Below are positions 11,995 through 22,094 of a stretch of DNA of 64,000 bases, piece by piece. This DNA is from a virus (taxonomy: Duplodnaviria; Heunggongvirae; Uroviricota; Caudoviricetes). How positions within the stretch are numbered: position 1 is the stretch's first letter; each line of letters begins with the position of its first letter. The DNA is taken from positions 8,924-72,923 of IMG/VR virus record IMGVR_UViG_3300028832_000119; one strand, 5' to 3'. Position numbers and translations under genes: made by a program. The notes under the pieces are model-generated. The model ran no database searches and was not told the DNA's origin. It saw nothing but the letters and a program-made list of their open reading frames with translations.

Positions 11995-12005
11995 TAAAGG
12001 CTGCT

Positions 12006-12371
12006 TTAAGCTAGCAGTCTTTTTAAAGCTTTAACTTTACGAGCAGCAATCTCTTTAGTTTTAGCTTTAACTTTGTCTATAGCCTTCTTATAATCTGGAG
12101 ACTTGTACAAAGCTTCAATATCCATTATTCCCTCTTTTTCTGCAAGTTCACTAAGAACTTCTGAGAATAATTCATCATCTACTAGCTTTAACCAATTTTC
12201 AAATTCTTTCTTATCTTCATTGTCTAAAAGTTGTACCTTAATGGTTAAGGTATTCCCTTCTTTTGTCGAATCTATTACAAAATGAGTATCATTGTCTTGA
12301 TATTCTTGATGTAATTCGTCCAGTCCCATCAGCTCCGCTACGAGAGCTTTTAATATTTCTTCTTTTTTCAT
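12006..12371 (-). CDS. acidic hypothetical protein (121 aa)
   Basis: Intact ORF. Confidence 0.5.
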   Translation of the reverse strand: MKKEEILKALVAELMGLDELHQEYQDNDTHFVIDSTKEGNTLTIKVQLLDNEDKKEFENWLKLVDDELFSEVLSELAEKEGIMDIEALYKSPDYKKAIDKVKAKTKEIAARKVKALKRLLA

Positions 12372-12419
12372 ATCACTACTAATATATTGGTTATTTATAA
12401 AAACAAAATATAAAAAATG

Positions 12420-13112
12420 TTAAATTATTATTTCGTCTGTATATTGATTCTTTTTAAGTTCTTTTACTTCTTTAGTTAAAGCTTGTATTTGTGCTTTCAA
12501 TTCAGAAATATCCTCCTCGTTATTTTCTATTCTTTGTTCGTGGTTAAGTAATACTTTAACAATTCCTTGATGATATTTTTCTAATGCAAATTCCATTTGT
12601 TGTTTACCAGATGGAAGTTTTGTAGTATTGATAATATTTTTATTAGCCAATTCTCTAGTAGCTTTTACTAAAGTAGAATATGGCATATTTATTAATTCTG
12701 CCAATTCCATCTTAGAATATTTTATTATTCCTTTTCCTGTTTCTTTGTCTTTCATATATTGTTGAGAAGAGGCAAGGAGAGCTCTTTGAGTAAAGGTAAT
12801 ATTTCTATCTTCTAAAAATTCATAAGAAAAAGGTTCGAATTGTTTTAATTTATTAAACTTGTAAATTTGTTTTCTTCCTTCTTTTTCTATTTCTATATAC
12901 TCTTTATCCACTAAATTTTGAATGCATTTTCTCACAGTTTTCTCACAGCATCCAACTCTATCTGCAATAGATTTCTGTGAAGGAAAAGCTTTCATAGTAT
13001 CTTTATTCATATAGGATCTTATTCCAAGATAAATTAATTGATCCTGGGGTGTTAAATCATTTATTCCTTCAGTCGAAGGTAACTCAATATGTCTTTTTGT
13101 TTCATTTTCCAT
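12420..13112 (-). CDS. double winged-helix DNA-binding protein, replication-initiator/regulator-like
   Basis: 230 aa with two HTH-like segments (FPSQKSIADRVGCCEKTVRKCIQNLV; YSKMELAELINMPYSTLVKATRELA) and a C-terminal coiled coil. Adjacent to iterons. Confidence 0.5.
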   Translation of the reverse strand: MENETKRHIELPSTEGINDLTPQDQLIYLGIRSYMNKDTMKAFPSQKSIADRVGCCEKTVRKCIQNLVDKEYIEIEKEGRKQIYKFNKLKQFEPFSYEFLEDRNITFTQRALLASSQQYMKDKETGKGIIKYSKMELAELINMPYSTLVKATRELANKNIINTTKLPSGKQQMEFALEKYHQGIVKVLLNHEQRIENNEEDISELKAQIQALTKEVKELKKNQYTDEIII

Positions 13113-13170
13113 AGTATAAATATATTAGTTCCTATATAATTCCCAAATAATTCCTATGTTAATTTTTGTT

Positions 13171-13256
13171 AAAAATCTTAAATGCCGCAATTAAAATCTT
13201 AAATTCCGTTTTTAAAATCTTAAATGCCGTAATCAAAATCTTAAGTGCCGTCTAAC
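13171..13256. repeat. four direct ~21-bp iterons AAAATCTTAAATGCCG(N5)
   Basis: aaaaatcttaaatgccgcaatt / aaaatcttaaattccgttttt / aaaatcttaaatgccgtaatc / aaaatcttaagtgccgtctaac, spaced ~21 bp apart. Confidence 0.55.
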
Positions 13257-13299
13257 TATACTTATTACTATACTTAATGAAACTATACTTAGGGCCGTC

Positions 13300-13440
13300 C
13301 GGCTTTTATTTTTTGGATAGAGTTTAACACTTGTATAAAAATTTTTTCTAAAATTTTATTTTTTGAAATTTTTTTTATTTTTCTAAAATTTTTCTGAAAA
13401 TTTTTTTGGAATTTTTAAAATTTTTTTTAGTTGTGGGAGA
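13300..13440. promoter_or_regulatory. AT-rich DNA-unwinding-element-like tract (putative origin)
   Basis: Near-pure A/T with repeated AAAATTTT units, directly next to the iterons. Confidence 0.4.
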
Positions 13441-13535
13441 GAGGGTGCACTACCGCTCGACTCCCCCAGGGGTGAGCGCTGGGAAAATGAAAAACTTAAG
13501 CCACTGTCTAAAGCATTATACAAATTTGAACAAAT

Positions 13536-13847
13536 TTGTTTATCCCTATGAAACAAGAAAGGATTAATTCAATCTGGGCTTCGATAGAAGCTCAGAGTGA
13601 CGTACAGGCTACGAAACAGCCTTGCTTCCCAACACCTTACACACTGATGATGGTTCATCGTCCAGCAGCTGGAGGAAAGAAGGGAATTGTTCCTTGTGTT
13701 GAACTCAAGACTCTTGCAGGAGGCTATCGGATTCGTCGTTGTGACGAAATTCTGACACCAGCTCCTAATGAGCCTATTGACCTCTATCTCAAGAGATTTC
13801 AATGGGAGCTTGACCGTAAGAACATTTTAGGTGAAACTATTCTTTAA
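13536..13847 (+). CDS. hypothetical protein (GC-richer, host-like codon usage)
   Basis: 103-aa ORF with ~50% GC in a ~30% GC background. Followed by a hairpin terminator. Confidence 0.5.
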   Translation: MFIPMKQERINSIWASIEAQSDVQATKQPCFPTPYTLMMVHRPAAGGKKGIVPCVELKTLAGGYRIRRCDEILTPAPNEPIDLYLKRFQWELDRKNILGETIL

Positions 13848-13863
13848 CATTATACAGAGTTGT

Positions 13864-13900
13864 GCCTCCTCACTCTTCCCAAAGTAGGAGGCATTATTTT
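13864..13900 (+). terminator. rho-independent terminator
   Basis: gcctcct...aggaggc stem then ATTATTTT. Confidence 0.4.
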
Positions 13901-13915
13901 AAATAACTTAACAAT

Positions 13916-14395
13916 ATGACACTTAAAGAAGCTATAGCACAGAGTAGAGACATGATTAATCTAATTTACATAATTAAAGATTCACATATCCATAAGTACA
14001 CTACAAAAGATGGAAAAACTTACAAAATACAATCAAAAGAGTGCATAGGAGTTCTTATGCCTAAAAGTGAGTTTAAAAAGAAAAAGCTTAAGGCTCGCCA
14101 TCATTCTGGTAATATTTACTTTTCTACCAGAAAAATTGTGGTAAATTGCAATTCTAACATTAAAGCTGACTTATGCAGACAGGGGTTCATTAGGTTAGGA
14201 CTTATTCCTGAACCAGATTTAATGATTAAAATATCCATGACTCCTGAAGTTACTCTTAATATTCCAGTAATAGAATCTAATCATAAAAGATTAACTTTCC
14301 TTAATGATGATAGAGATAAAAAGATTCTTTTAGCACTGGTAGGAAAGACTTTAGTCTGCACTGGACATAATACATTTAAAATCTTGGAGAAATAA
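13916..14395 (+). CDS. hypothetical protein (159 aa)
   Basis: ORF with AACTTAACAATATG start context. Confidence 0.5.
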   Translation: MTLKEAIAQSRDMINLIYIIKDSHIHKYTTKDGKTYKIQSKECIGVLMPKSEFKKKKLKARHHSGNIYFSTRKIVVNCNSNIKADLCRQGFIRLGLIPEPDLMIKISMTPEVTLNIPVIESNHKRLTFLNDDRDKKILLALVGKTLVCTGHNTFKILEK

Positions 14396-14545
14396 TCCAA
14401 GATTTTAAATTTTAAACTTAAGCCTATATAAAATACTATATATATTTAGTGGTTAGAAATAATCGAAGAACATAGGAGTCTTCGACCTTCTATTCCATCG
14501 TGGTTACGGCTTGCACTTCGCCGAGTTTGCCTAATCCCTATAATA

Positions 14546-15073
14546 ATGGCAGACATTAAAAACATCACCTTCGTTGAAGGTGCTGCGGACTCTAATAAGG
14601 GTTTCCGCATCGGACATGCTCAGAGCATGTTCCAAAATAACGTGACCTACAAAGTCACAGGTTACAAACTTGGCTCTTACCAGATTGAGCACAGCAACGG
14701 TGAGGTCTCTAAGACCAAATACGCTGACTCTGCTCAGTCCATCGTCTTCACCACTTCGGTGGATGAGGACCTGCCACTGAACCGCCTCTTGCACAAGAAG
14801 ACTGTCCTTTACAATGCTAAGGGCGAGGCCAAAATCATCTATGGCTCCGACTTTGGTGCACAGCTGATGAAGCATTTGCTTCAACTTGGCCGTCGTGACG
14901 ATGACCCCTCAATGCTGAAAGGCAGTGCTGAGGACGTTGCTAAGCACGCTCTCAAGTTCTTCGATGGCAAGGAGATGATTTGCAAGGCCAATGAGGGCTT
15001 CTTTGCCAAAGATGACAAAGGAGTGCTGCAGAGCTTGATTAGCCCGAGCATTACCCATTGCATCAAAGGGTAG
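14546..15073 (+). CDS. hypothetical protein (175 aa; GC-richer island)
   Basis: ORF followed by a GC-rich hairpin (15091-15126) and a T tract. Confidence 0.55.
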   Translation: MADIKNITFVEGAADSNKGFRIGHAQSMFQNNVTYKVTGYKLGSYQIEHSNGEVSKTKYADSAQSIVFTTSVDEDLPLNRLLHKKTVLYNAKGEAKIIYGSDFGAQLMKHLLQLGRRDDDPSMLKGSAEDVAKHALKFFDGKEMICKANEGFFAKDDKGVLQSLISPSITHCIKG

Positions 15074-15147
15074 TCCTCTTCCCTTTAACTGGCTGGCTCA
15101 CCTTCGGGTGGGCTGGCCTTTTATTAACATTTTAAAGTTTGTAACAT

Positions 15148-15480
15148 ATGACAATACGAGAATTAATGAATTCTAATCTGACTGATAAGCAGATTCTGAA
15201 TAAACTATTAGGATTACACGTTGGTGTTCACGTTGGTTATTATATCTGGGACAGATATATTAGTGGTTCAATGTGGACTATTAGCAGCAATATTCCTACA
15301 TTAAAATGGGTAAAAGAAGTTCGTAAATCCATTAATGATATAGATAGTCTAATTAAATTAGGTTCTTATCCAGAAGATAATTGGTTAGATAGACCTTTGC
15401 ATCAACAACATAATTGGATGAAATCTAAGGCTATGTGTGGTTTAGTTACTACAATGTTTAAAAAAGGTGCTTTCTATTAA
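15148..15480 (+). CDS. hypothetical protein (110 aa)
   Basis: ORF followed by the agaggac...tcctct TTTTTT terminator at 15481-15510. Confidence 0.5.
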   Translation: MTIRELMNSNLTDKQILNKLLGLHVGVHVGYYIWDRYISGSMWTISSNIPTLKWVKEVRKSINDIDSLIKLGSYPEDNWLDRPLHQQHNWMKSKAMCGLVTTMFKKGAFY

Positions 15481-15767
15481 AGAGGACTAACAATCCTCTT
15501 TTTTATTATTAAAACCTAAGCCAACTTTCTAAAGGGTTATGTAACTTTAGAGAGAAGTAATTCGGTGAATGAACCGTAAGTACACTTTTGTGTCCCGTAA
15601 GGTTCTCTCTTCTCTACTAAAACTTAAGCCAAATGTATAAAGGGCTATGTAGCTGTAGGCATACAACCAATAACTTGCTGCTACTATTTTGTAAATGTAT
15701 TGGCATTATATGTGTTATGTGCACAAGTAAAAATATTAATTAACAATTTAAAAAATTTTAAAGCCGT

Positions 15768-16331
15768 ATGACAATTAAAGAGGCTATTGCTGCTGACTTG
15801 GGTCGTAGCAATGTTCAGAAAGTTGACAAGTTCAGCAAGGCATTCCGTGTTGACGAGCTGAGTAACATTGAATCTGGTGAAGAATTCACCATTCCTACTG
15901 GTGAGGACTATGTGATTCTGTCTCAGCGTATGATGCGTGGTGGTCAGCCTGTTCTGGATCGTGATGGTAATCCTGTTACTGCTGAGTACATTAAGTGCTT
16001 GACTACCGCAGGTCGTACTGTAAACTTCTTCCCATCTTCTCTGACAAAGGTTGCATTCCGTGTAAACCCAGAGACTGGTAAGGATGTAGAAGAGAATCGT
16101 ATCGTTCGTACTAAGGGTGATGTAGTTGCTTATGTCAAGAAGCATCCTGATATGAATGCTACGATGGAAATGTTGAAGGGTTGTACTCTGAAGCTGGAGT
16201 CTGTTGAAAAGATTCCTGTTCGTGCTTTCGGCGTACCCAACGACAAGGCTACCAAGAAGGATGTTGAAAACAGCAACATTGGTACCTGGAATCTGGTTGG
16301 TGAGAAGAAGCCTGAGAACTGGACTGTCTAA
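15768..16331 (+). CDS. hypothetical protein (187 aa; GC-richer, host-like codon usage)
   Basis: ORF rich in cgt/ctg/gac codons, unlike the AT-rich majority. Confidence 0.55.
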   Translation: MTIKEAIAADLGRSNVQKVDKFSKAFRVDELSNIESGEEFTIPTGEDYVILSQRMMRGGQPVLDRDGNPVTAEYIKCLTTAGRTVNFFPSSLTKVAFRVNPETGKDVEENRIVRTKGDVVAYVKKHPDMNATMEMLKGCTLKLESVEKIPVRAFGVPNDKATKKDVENSNIGTWNLVGEKKPENWTV

Positions 16332-16898
16332 TGGATGGTTTAGTATGTCTACGTGGGAGATTATTGTCTTCCACTAGACTACTCTCAGATGAGGGAGAAT
16401 TTCAAGTTGCTTCAGAAACTTTCTATAAAGTAGGGCAAAGGTATGTATTCCTCATCAATACCAGAGAATTCCCATGGAGAATTTGGAGAGCAGTTTCACT
16501 TAAATTTTAGGGGATTTAGGTGAAACACTCTCTTTCTCAATTTTGGGGGTTGAGTGTATAAAATTGTGAAATGTGATAGTGGTTTTGAAAAAATTCTTGT
16601 GTTCGAGATATGCTCGAAGGCACTGTCACCAACGCCCACTTCAACACAACTTTCACAACAAACTCAATCTCAAAGTTGGCTGCTTTCCGTTAGTAAATGA
16701 AAAGTAGCTATTCAATCTTCAAAAAATCTCAAATTTTCAATAATCAGAGATTTTTTAAAAAATATTAGTTGAGAATTATCTATAGGAAATAATAAATCCT
16801 AAAAAATTCCCGTCATTCTGGAAGACGTTAAAAAGGTTTGCTGATGAGGCCAGAACGAAATACAAAAATGTATACAAACAAACAAAATTAATAGCAAT

Positions 16899-17387
16899 AT
16901 GAAAGAAAAAATGACAATTGATCAGTTCAACACCATACTGATTGACTTAGAGTCTGGGAAGGATACTCCTCATGCTCACATGGGTGTACGTATAGTCGCT
17001 GGAAATTCTTTGGATTTAGACTATTTGTCTGAAATTCCAAGTTATATGAAAGCCAGCCTTTGTAGAAAAGTTCTTCGCTATGTGGCGAAAACTGCTCTTA
17101 AAGGAACAATGGAAATTGATGGCTTAGCATCTTCATGCAGTTTCTGTGCTATGGAAGATGGTCATGCAGTTTCTTTTGGCTCTAACGTTGAGTGGTCATT
17201 CAACCATAAAGGTGAACTCATCAATGTTACAATAGATTCTAAGGGTAAAGAAGTATATTACTACGACAAATACTCTAAAGAATTGTATCATTGTGAGATT
17301 CCTTATGGAGTTCATTGGACACAATCCATTGGTCGTATTGATCTTATAGGTATTTTTGAACATTGGGATTTAGTAGCTAGAAGATAA
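16899..17387 (+). CDS. hypothetical protein (162 aa)
   Basis: ORF preceded by ACAAACAAACAAAATTAATAGCAATATG. Confidence 0.5.
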   Translation: MKEKMTIDQFNTILIDLESGKDTPHAHMGVRIVAGNSLDLDYLSEIPSYMKASLCRKVLRYVAKTALKGTMEIDGLASSCSFCAMEDGHAVSFGSNVEWSFNHKGELINVTIDSKGKEVYYYDKYSKELYHCEIPYGVHWTQSIGRIDLIGIFEHWDLVARR

Positions 17388-17388
17388 T

Positions 17389-17646
17389 ATGACTTGGCAA
17401 GAGGTACTACAATCAAACCATGAGACTGTCACAGTACAGTCTTATGGTTATGAAGAGAGGTCATTTATTGGAAGACATTTTGAACCTTTTAAAACTAAAC
17501 GTTCTTTTAAGTTTAGAATTGATAGGAATTTTAAAATGTTAGATCATAATTGGCTTTTCTTAGATGATCCAGAAGAAGAACTCTTTTTCGAAGAAAAGGA
17601 TGGAGAGATTATTCTTGATGATCCAGATCTTTGGGCAAGACCATAA
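17389..17646 (+). CDS. hypothetical protein (85 aa)
   Basis: ORF with a TAATATG junction to the previous gene. Confidence 0.45.
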   Translation: MTWQEVLQSNHETVTVQSYGYEERSFIGRHFEPFKTKRSFKFRIDRNFKMLDHNWLFLDDPEEELFFEEKDGEIILDDPDLWARP

Positions 17647-17708
17647 AAGCTTATGCTCCCTCAGCTTATCCAAAGTAGGGAGCACAAACAAACAAACAAT
17701 TTGAAATT

Positions 17709-17942
17709 ATGTATTCAATTAGGATTGATAAAGAAATTATTGCAGTTTCTGAAAGTATGTTAACTGCAATGAATAGCGTGAGAAAATTGGTTGCAGATTA
17801 TATAGGAGTAAGAAATGAAAATGTTATTGAGTTTAAAACTCACGGTATTGAATATCTTCCTTGGGCAGATTCAGCTACTGCTGTTCTTAAACATGATGAT
17901 GAACTATTTACAGTCTTTATTACTTCAGTTAAATCAATATAA
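17709..17942 (+). CDS. hypothetical protein (77 aa)
   Basis: ORF with ACAAACAAACAAACAATTTGAAATTATG context. Confidence 0.45.
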   Translation: MYSIRIDKEIIAVSESMLTAMNSVRKLVADYIGVRNENVIEFKTHGIEYLPWADSATAVLKHDDELFTVFITSVKSI

Positions 17943-17958
17943 ACAAACAACTAACAAT

Positions 17959-18114
17959 ATGGACAAGAAAACATTCGATCTCTTGGACTCATTTTTTCCA
18001 AAGATGACTCCAACACAGCAAAAGAAAATGCTTCGTCAGCTTGTAAAAGAAGCTAATGAGGATAGTCGCAAACAAGCTCTCTTGGATCCTTTAGCAAGGA
18101 TTCCGAGAGCGTAA
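17959..18114 (+). CDS. small hypothetical protein (51 aa)
   Basis: ATG at 17959 after AAACAAACAACTAACAAT. Track ORF 17815..18114 is in the same frame, but its N-terminal part overlaps the previous gene. Confidence 0.4.
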   Translation: MDKKTFDLLDSFFPKMTPTQQKKMLRQLVKEANEDSRKQALLDPLARIPRA

Positions 18115-18356
18115 ATTTATTCCGTTATGAAATTACTCTAAGTGTGGGTTGGCCTCAACCTTCATGCAGCAGTGTATGTAAATTAAGTGGCAATACATTA
18201 CTTATGGTTTATTAGTTAAAAAACTCAATATAAAATATCTCTTGTATCGCTTTTTAGAGAGATTTCCAAGATGTTGAGGACGCCAGTTTCTTATTTTAAC
18301 GGTTCATGACAGTTTAATAAGTTTTAGGTGTAAAACACAAATAAATAATTAACAAT

Positions 18357-18629
18357 ATGAAAACAGTAATATTAATAATCTCTCCTACTTCTAAAGCTGG
18401 AGAAATTGAGGACATTAAAGATAAAATAATTAAATATCTTGGTTCTCGAATGATTGAACAAGTTCCTGATGATGTTCCAGGATTAGTTCTAAATTGTTTA
18501 CTTGATTCTACAGATAAAAATGCTATTGTCAATGTCGTAACAAGTAGAGATGATAGAAGTTGTGTTCTATTTTTGGAAACAGAAAAAGAAACATTGCCAA
18601 GTAACGACTATTATGTATTCGAAATTTGA
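18357..18629 (+). CDS. hypothetical protein (90 aa)
   Basis: ORF with A-rich start context. Confidence 0.45.
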   Translation: MKTVILIISPTSKAGEIEDIKDKIIKYLGSRMIEQVPDDVPGLVLNCLLDSTDKNAIVNVVTSRDDRSCVLFLETEKETLPSNDYYVFEI

Positions 18630-19158
18630 AACGTTAAGTCTTCCGACGTATAAGTGGAGGACATAATAAAAATTCTTATCGATATTTCACAACTCCTATA
18701 ACCAAGAGGGGAGGTTAAATAAGAAGCTTGGTTGGAGAAAAATTGAATGTGCATATCTCTGTAGAAAAAGAACATTACAAAGCGACATAAGGTTCACAGT
18801 CGTATAGTGGGGTGACGGACTATTCCCCATTTCTCGAATGCCAGTCTGATCAGCTGACCGAGATATCCTCAAAAATGATAGGGAGAAGAAGACATTATCT
18901 GTTCTATTAACATTGCAGTGTTGATAGTTCCGTATCGCAGTAGTCTGCAAGCTACTGTTTGACGTATGCTGACTAACTACTTATACCTAGTCTTTTAGAA
19001 TGTTAGCAGTGGGATTCTAATGAAGTGAAGAGTCCCAAAATTTTTAAAGATCTGGATACTAATGAAAGAGTTTTCTCTTATCAAGTCCCAATGCCAGACA
19101 AACGTCCCAATAGTGGTGAGGGATATTTTATAATCATTTGTTTTATTAAAAGTGGTTA

Positions 19159-19231
19159 GGTTTCATAGCTCAGCAGGTAGAGCAGTAGATTTTTAATCTA
19201 CGTGTCCAGAGTTCGAATCTCTGTGGAGCCA
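19159..19231 (+). tRNA. tRNA-Lys (anticodon TTT)
   Basis: Canonical cloverleaf: GGTTTCA/TGGAGCC acceptor, GCTC-AGCAGGTA-GAGC D-arm, GTAGA-TTTTTAA-TCTAC anticodon arm, CAGAG-TTCGAAT-CTCTG T-arm. Confidence 0.6.
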
Positions 19232-19855
19232 CTGTTTAATTTGTGCGATGATAAAGAAATGTTTAATTCAAAGAACTTTGTTGTGATAATAAGGTTCTTT
19301 TCTTAAGGCTGTAAGTATCCATAATATATAAACTCGAAAATTCACTGATGATTACTGGGGATTAATGCCCAGATTCACTGTAAGTGTTATAGTGCACTAT
19401 GAGTGGGGATAAACGAGTATAAAGAAATCCCGAAATTGTTAAAGTTTGTTTGCTCTCCACATCAATATAGGTGTGGAGAGTTTTTATTAACTTACAATCT
19501 GAAATTACATCAAGATAAAGATGACACCAAAGTCTTTATGTGGATAGGGAAACAGGCGGTGCTGTCCTTGATAGAAAAAGATGTGAGACAGCTAGGGAGT
19601 CTATAAAATCCTCACTGATGAGACCTAGACGAAAGTAGGATACTCCAGTGAATAATAGTAGCTGGAGTTTTTTTAATGACTAACTTAATAATAATAATAA
19701 TGAAAACAAGAGAAAAAGAAATTAATGACTTTCTTAAAAGTCGTCGGGGTCTTGCATACCTTGGTATGAAGTATCCCAAACTCTCAGTACAGGATGCAAT
19801 CAATGAGTATAAACTTGCAGCATCTAAGTAATAACCTATATAAACAAACAGCAAT

Positions 19856-20293
19856 ATGAAAAGGAATGAAATTGACGGATTAATCCGTAAGCTGAATGAA
19901 TTTAGAATGGCTAATTTAAACAAGTCATTCACTGGTGCAGAACTTAATGAAGCTCTTGTAGCTCTTGGATTTAAGAGTTATGATGCCTCCCGAATTGCAC
20001 AGAAGTGTTTTCCATTTGAATATATGGGAAAGAATAGACTTTATGAAGTTCCCAAAGAACCAATACATAAGAGTATTCTTATTTCCATTAACAATAAGGC
20101 TACTGAAAGTGTAAAGAAATGCCAGGCTTTTCATAAAGCTAAAGTTCAAATGGAACTCACTGAAGAAGCTGCTCTCGCTGCTCTCCAAGCAAAAGGTTAT
20201 CAAATCCGCAAATGTGTAGGATTTGATCTAGAACGTTTTGCTAAGGAGAATCCGGTGTTGTATAAGAAATACTTGAAGTATGAAATCATATAA
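19856..20293 (+). CDS. hypothetical protein (145 aa)
   Basis: ORF with ACAAACAGCAATATG context. Confidence 0.5.
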   Translation: MKRNEIDGLIRKLNEFRMANLNKSFTGAELNEALVALGFKSYDASRIAQKCFPFEYMGKNRLYEVPKEPIHKSILISINNKATESVKKCQAFHKAKVQMELTEEAALAALQAKGYQIRKCVGFDLERFAKENPVLYKKYLKYEII

Positions 20294-20879
20294 TAATTGT
20301 CCTCTAAAAAGAGATATACAATTATGTATGTGGATTACGGAACCACATCATAGAACTATCTTAGGACTATCTAGTCCTGAGGTAGTTCAAGATTATCTCC
20401 AGGTACTTCCTAAACATGATAATTTGATTTTAGTAAATTTTGAGCCAATAGATGAAGTAATTAATTGTAATTCTTTAATAGGAATGTTTGATATTCTATT
20501 ATATAGAAATATTATTCCAACTTTTATTGATGCAGATTTTTGTAAGTCTATTAAAAGTTGTGGAGATGATTTAATATATATCTATAATAAGTGTAAAAAA
20601 CTTAATAAAGATATTACTATTTCATTTACATTTTCTATTAGAGGTGTCGGATTAAATTCTACAATTGATTGGCTTAGAAATAATTTTTATGAAATTTGTG
20701 TTAGTAATCAATGTTTTAGAAGAAATCCTAAAGAAGTTCTTGGAAAAAGACAATTCTCTTTTTATTGTGGAAGAGATTGTATTTATTATCGAGAAACAGG
20801 AGATCAAATGATTACTGGACTAATTAGAATTAAAAAAGATGACAAACAAGGATGCAATCATGATAGCCAGGAAGTATAA
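20280..20879 (+). CDS. hypothetical Cys-rich protein (199 aa)
   Basis: ORF overlapping the previous stop. Confidence 0.5.
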   Translation: MKSYNNCPLKRDIQLCMWITEPHHRTILGLSSPEVVQDYLQVLPKHDNLILVNFEPIDEVINCNSLIGMFDILLYRNIIPTFIDADFCKSIKSCGDDLIYIYNKCKKLNKDITISFTFSIRGVGLNSTIDWLRNNFYEICVSNQCFRRNPKEVLGKRQFSFYCGRDCIYYRETGDQMITGLIRIKKDDKQGCNHDSQEV

Positions 20880-20942
20880 TCTTGAAGCCGAAATTCGTCA
20901 AGAATTGGCTTCAGGATTAACTCCTGAAGAGGCTCTTCAAGA

Positions 20943-21404
20943 ATGGGATATATTATGATAACAAATTTTGTTTATAATGATATTGTCCTTTATTGCAAAG
21001 GCTGGTATCAGACTCCTGAAGGAGATACAATGCTGGATGATTTAGGATATCTATTAAGTAAAATATATGCTTGGACTCCAAAAACTGAATCAGAAATAGC
21101 ACATTTCATGATAATAATTTTAGATAAATTATATTCTGAAATGAAATTAGAGCATAATAATGATTTTTCTAAGTTGTTTGAAGAAATAAATAGAAATACT
21201 CGTTTATATAAGTGTTCTTTTAATATGGCTATAATTTTATATGTTCATTCAGTTCTTCAAGGTCTTCCAGTAGATAAAATCAAACTAAATGCTCCTCATT
21301 ATGGTAAAAAAGAACATTTTAGATTAGGAATGTTATTAGGAAAATATCCTATTTCGCAGACTTATACTGAAATGAATCATATAGCACAAAAAGCATTTTG
21401 TTAA
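20943..21404 (+). CDS. hypothetical protein (153 aa)
   Basis: ORF. Confidence 0.5.
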   Translation: MGYIMITNFVYNDIVLYCKGWYQTPEGDTMLDDLGYLLSKIYAWTPKTESEIAHFMIIILDKLYSEMKLEHNNDFSKLFEEINRNTRLYKCSFNMAIILYVHSVLQGLPVDKIKLNAPHYGKKEHFRLGMLLGKYPISQTYTEMNHIAQKAFC

Positions 21405-21764
21405 TGAAAAAAGATATTCTAAAAGAAATTGAGAAACTAGATAAGTCTCTTCTTGAATCTATAGAAGAATTAACTGCAGAACAAGAAGAGGCTTTGTTTT
21501 ATACACCTTAAAGTAACAGAAGATGAGGTCGTCCAGTAGCATAAGTTGGCTATAAATATTGGAAAGTCAAATGAGGAGAATCCAATAATGCGTCTGTTAT
21601 TTTTAAAATTTTTAAAATATGGATCATACAATTTTAATATCTATTCCATTACAGAGCCCATTAACTGAATCTGAATTCATGGCACTAAAAAGAAGTATTG
21701 CTGAAACTCTTTATAATATGGAACAATATATTAATATTTCAGATATTGAATGTTTTGTAAAAAG

Positions 21765-22094
21765 ATGAAGAAATACTTAATAATTCTTTTAGTAGTATTA
21801 GCAGGAGTTTCTATTGTTATCAATTATCAGCAAGCTGATAAAATAATAGCTACTGTTAATTCTCTCTCTGTTCAACAAAGTATTAATGGAAGTGATGGTT
21901 CTATATCTACTTCTTATTCATACTTGGTGAATACTGATAAAGGTGTATTTGAAATATCTCCTGATGGAATATATTCATCTGTATCTTTTGGATCGTTAAA
22001 AGAGGGAAATACCTATGAACTTTATACTAGAGGATTTTCTTATCCTCTATTAGGTATATACCCTCATATAATAAAAGCTACAAAGAAAGATTAG
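21765..22094 (+). CDS. membrane-anchored or secreted hypothetical protein
   Basis: ATG at 21765 gives MKKYLIILLVVLAGVSIVINY, a signal/TM segment. Track ORF 21750 starts at an upstream non-ATG start. Confidence 0.45.
   Translation: MKKYLIILLVVLAGVSIVINYQQADKIIATVNSLSVQQSINGSDGSISTSYSYLVNTDKGVFEISPDGIYSSVSFGSLKEGNTYELYTRGFSYPLLGIYPHIIKATKKD

Noticed and set aside
13141-13260. CRISPR array
   Set aside because: Only four ~21-bp repeats with no spacer-repeat regularity and no cas genes. Interpreted as iterons.
16838-16865. Hammerhead-ribozyme-like core CTGATGAG...CGAAA
   Set aside because: The sequence between the two boxes (GCCAGAA) cannot form stem II, and no stem I/III partners or cleavage-site context are evident. 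Likely chance.
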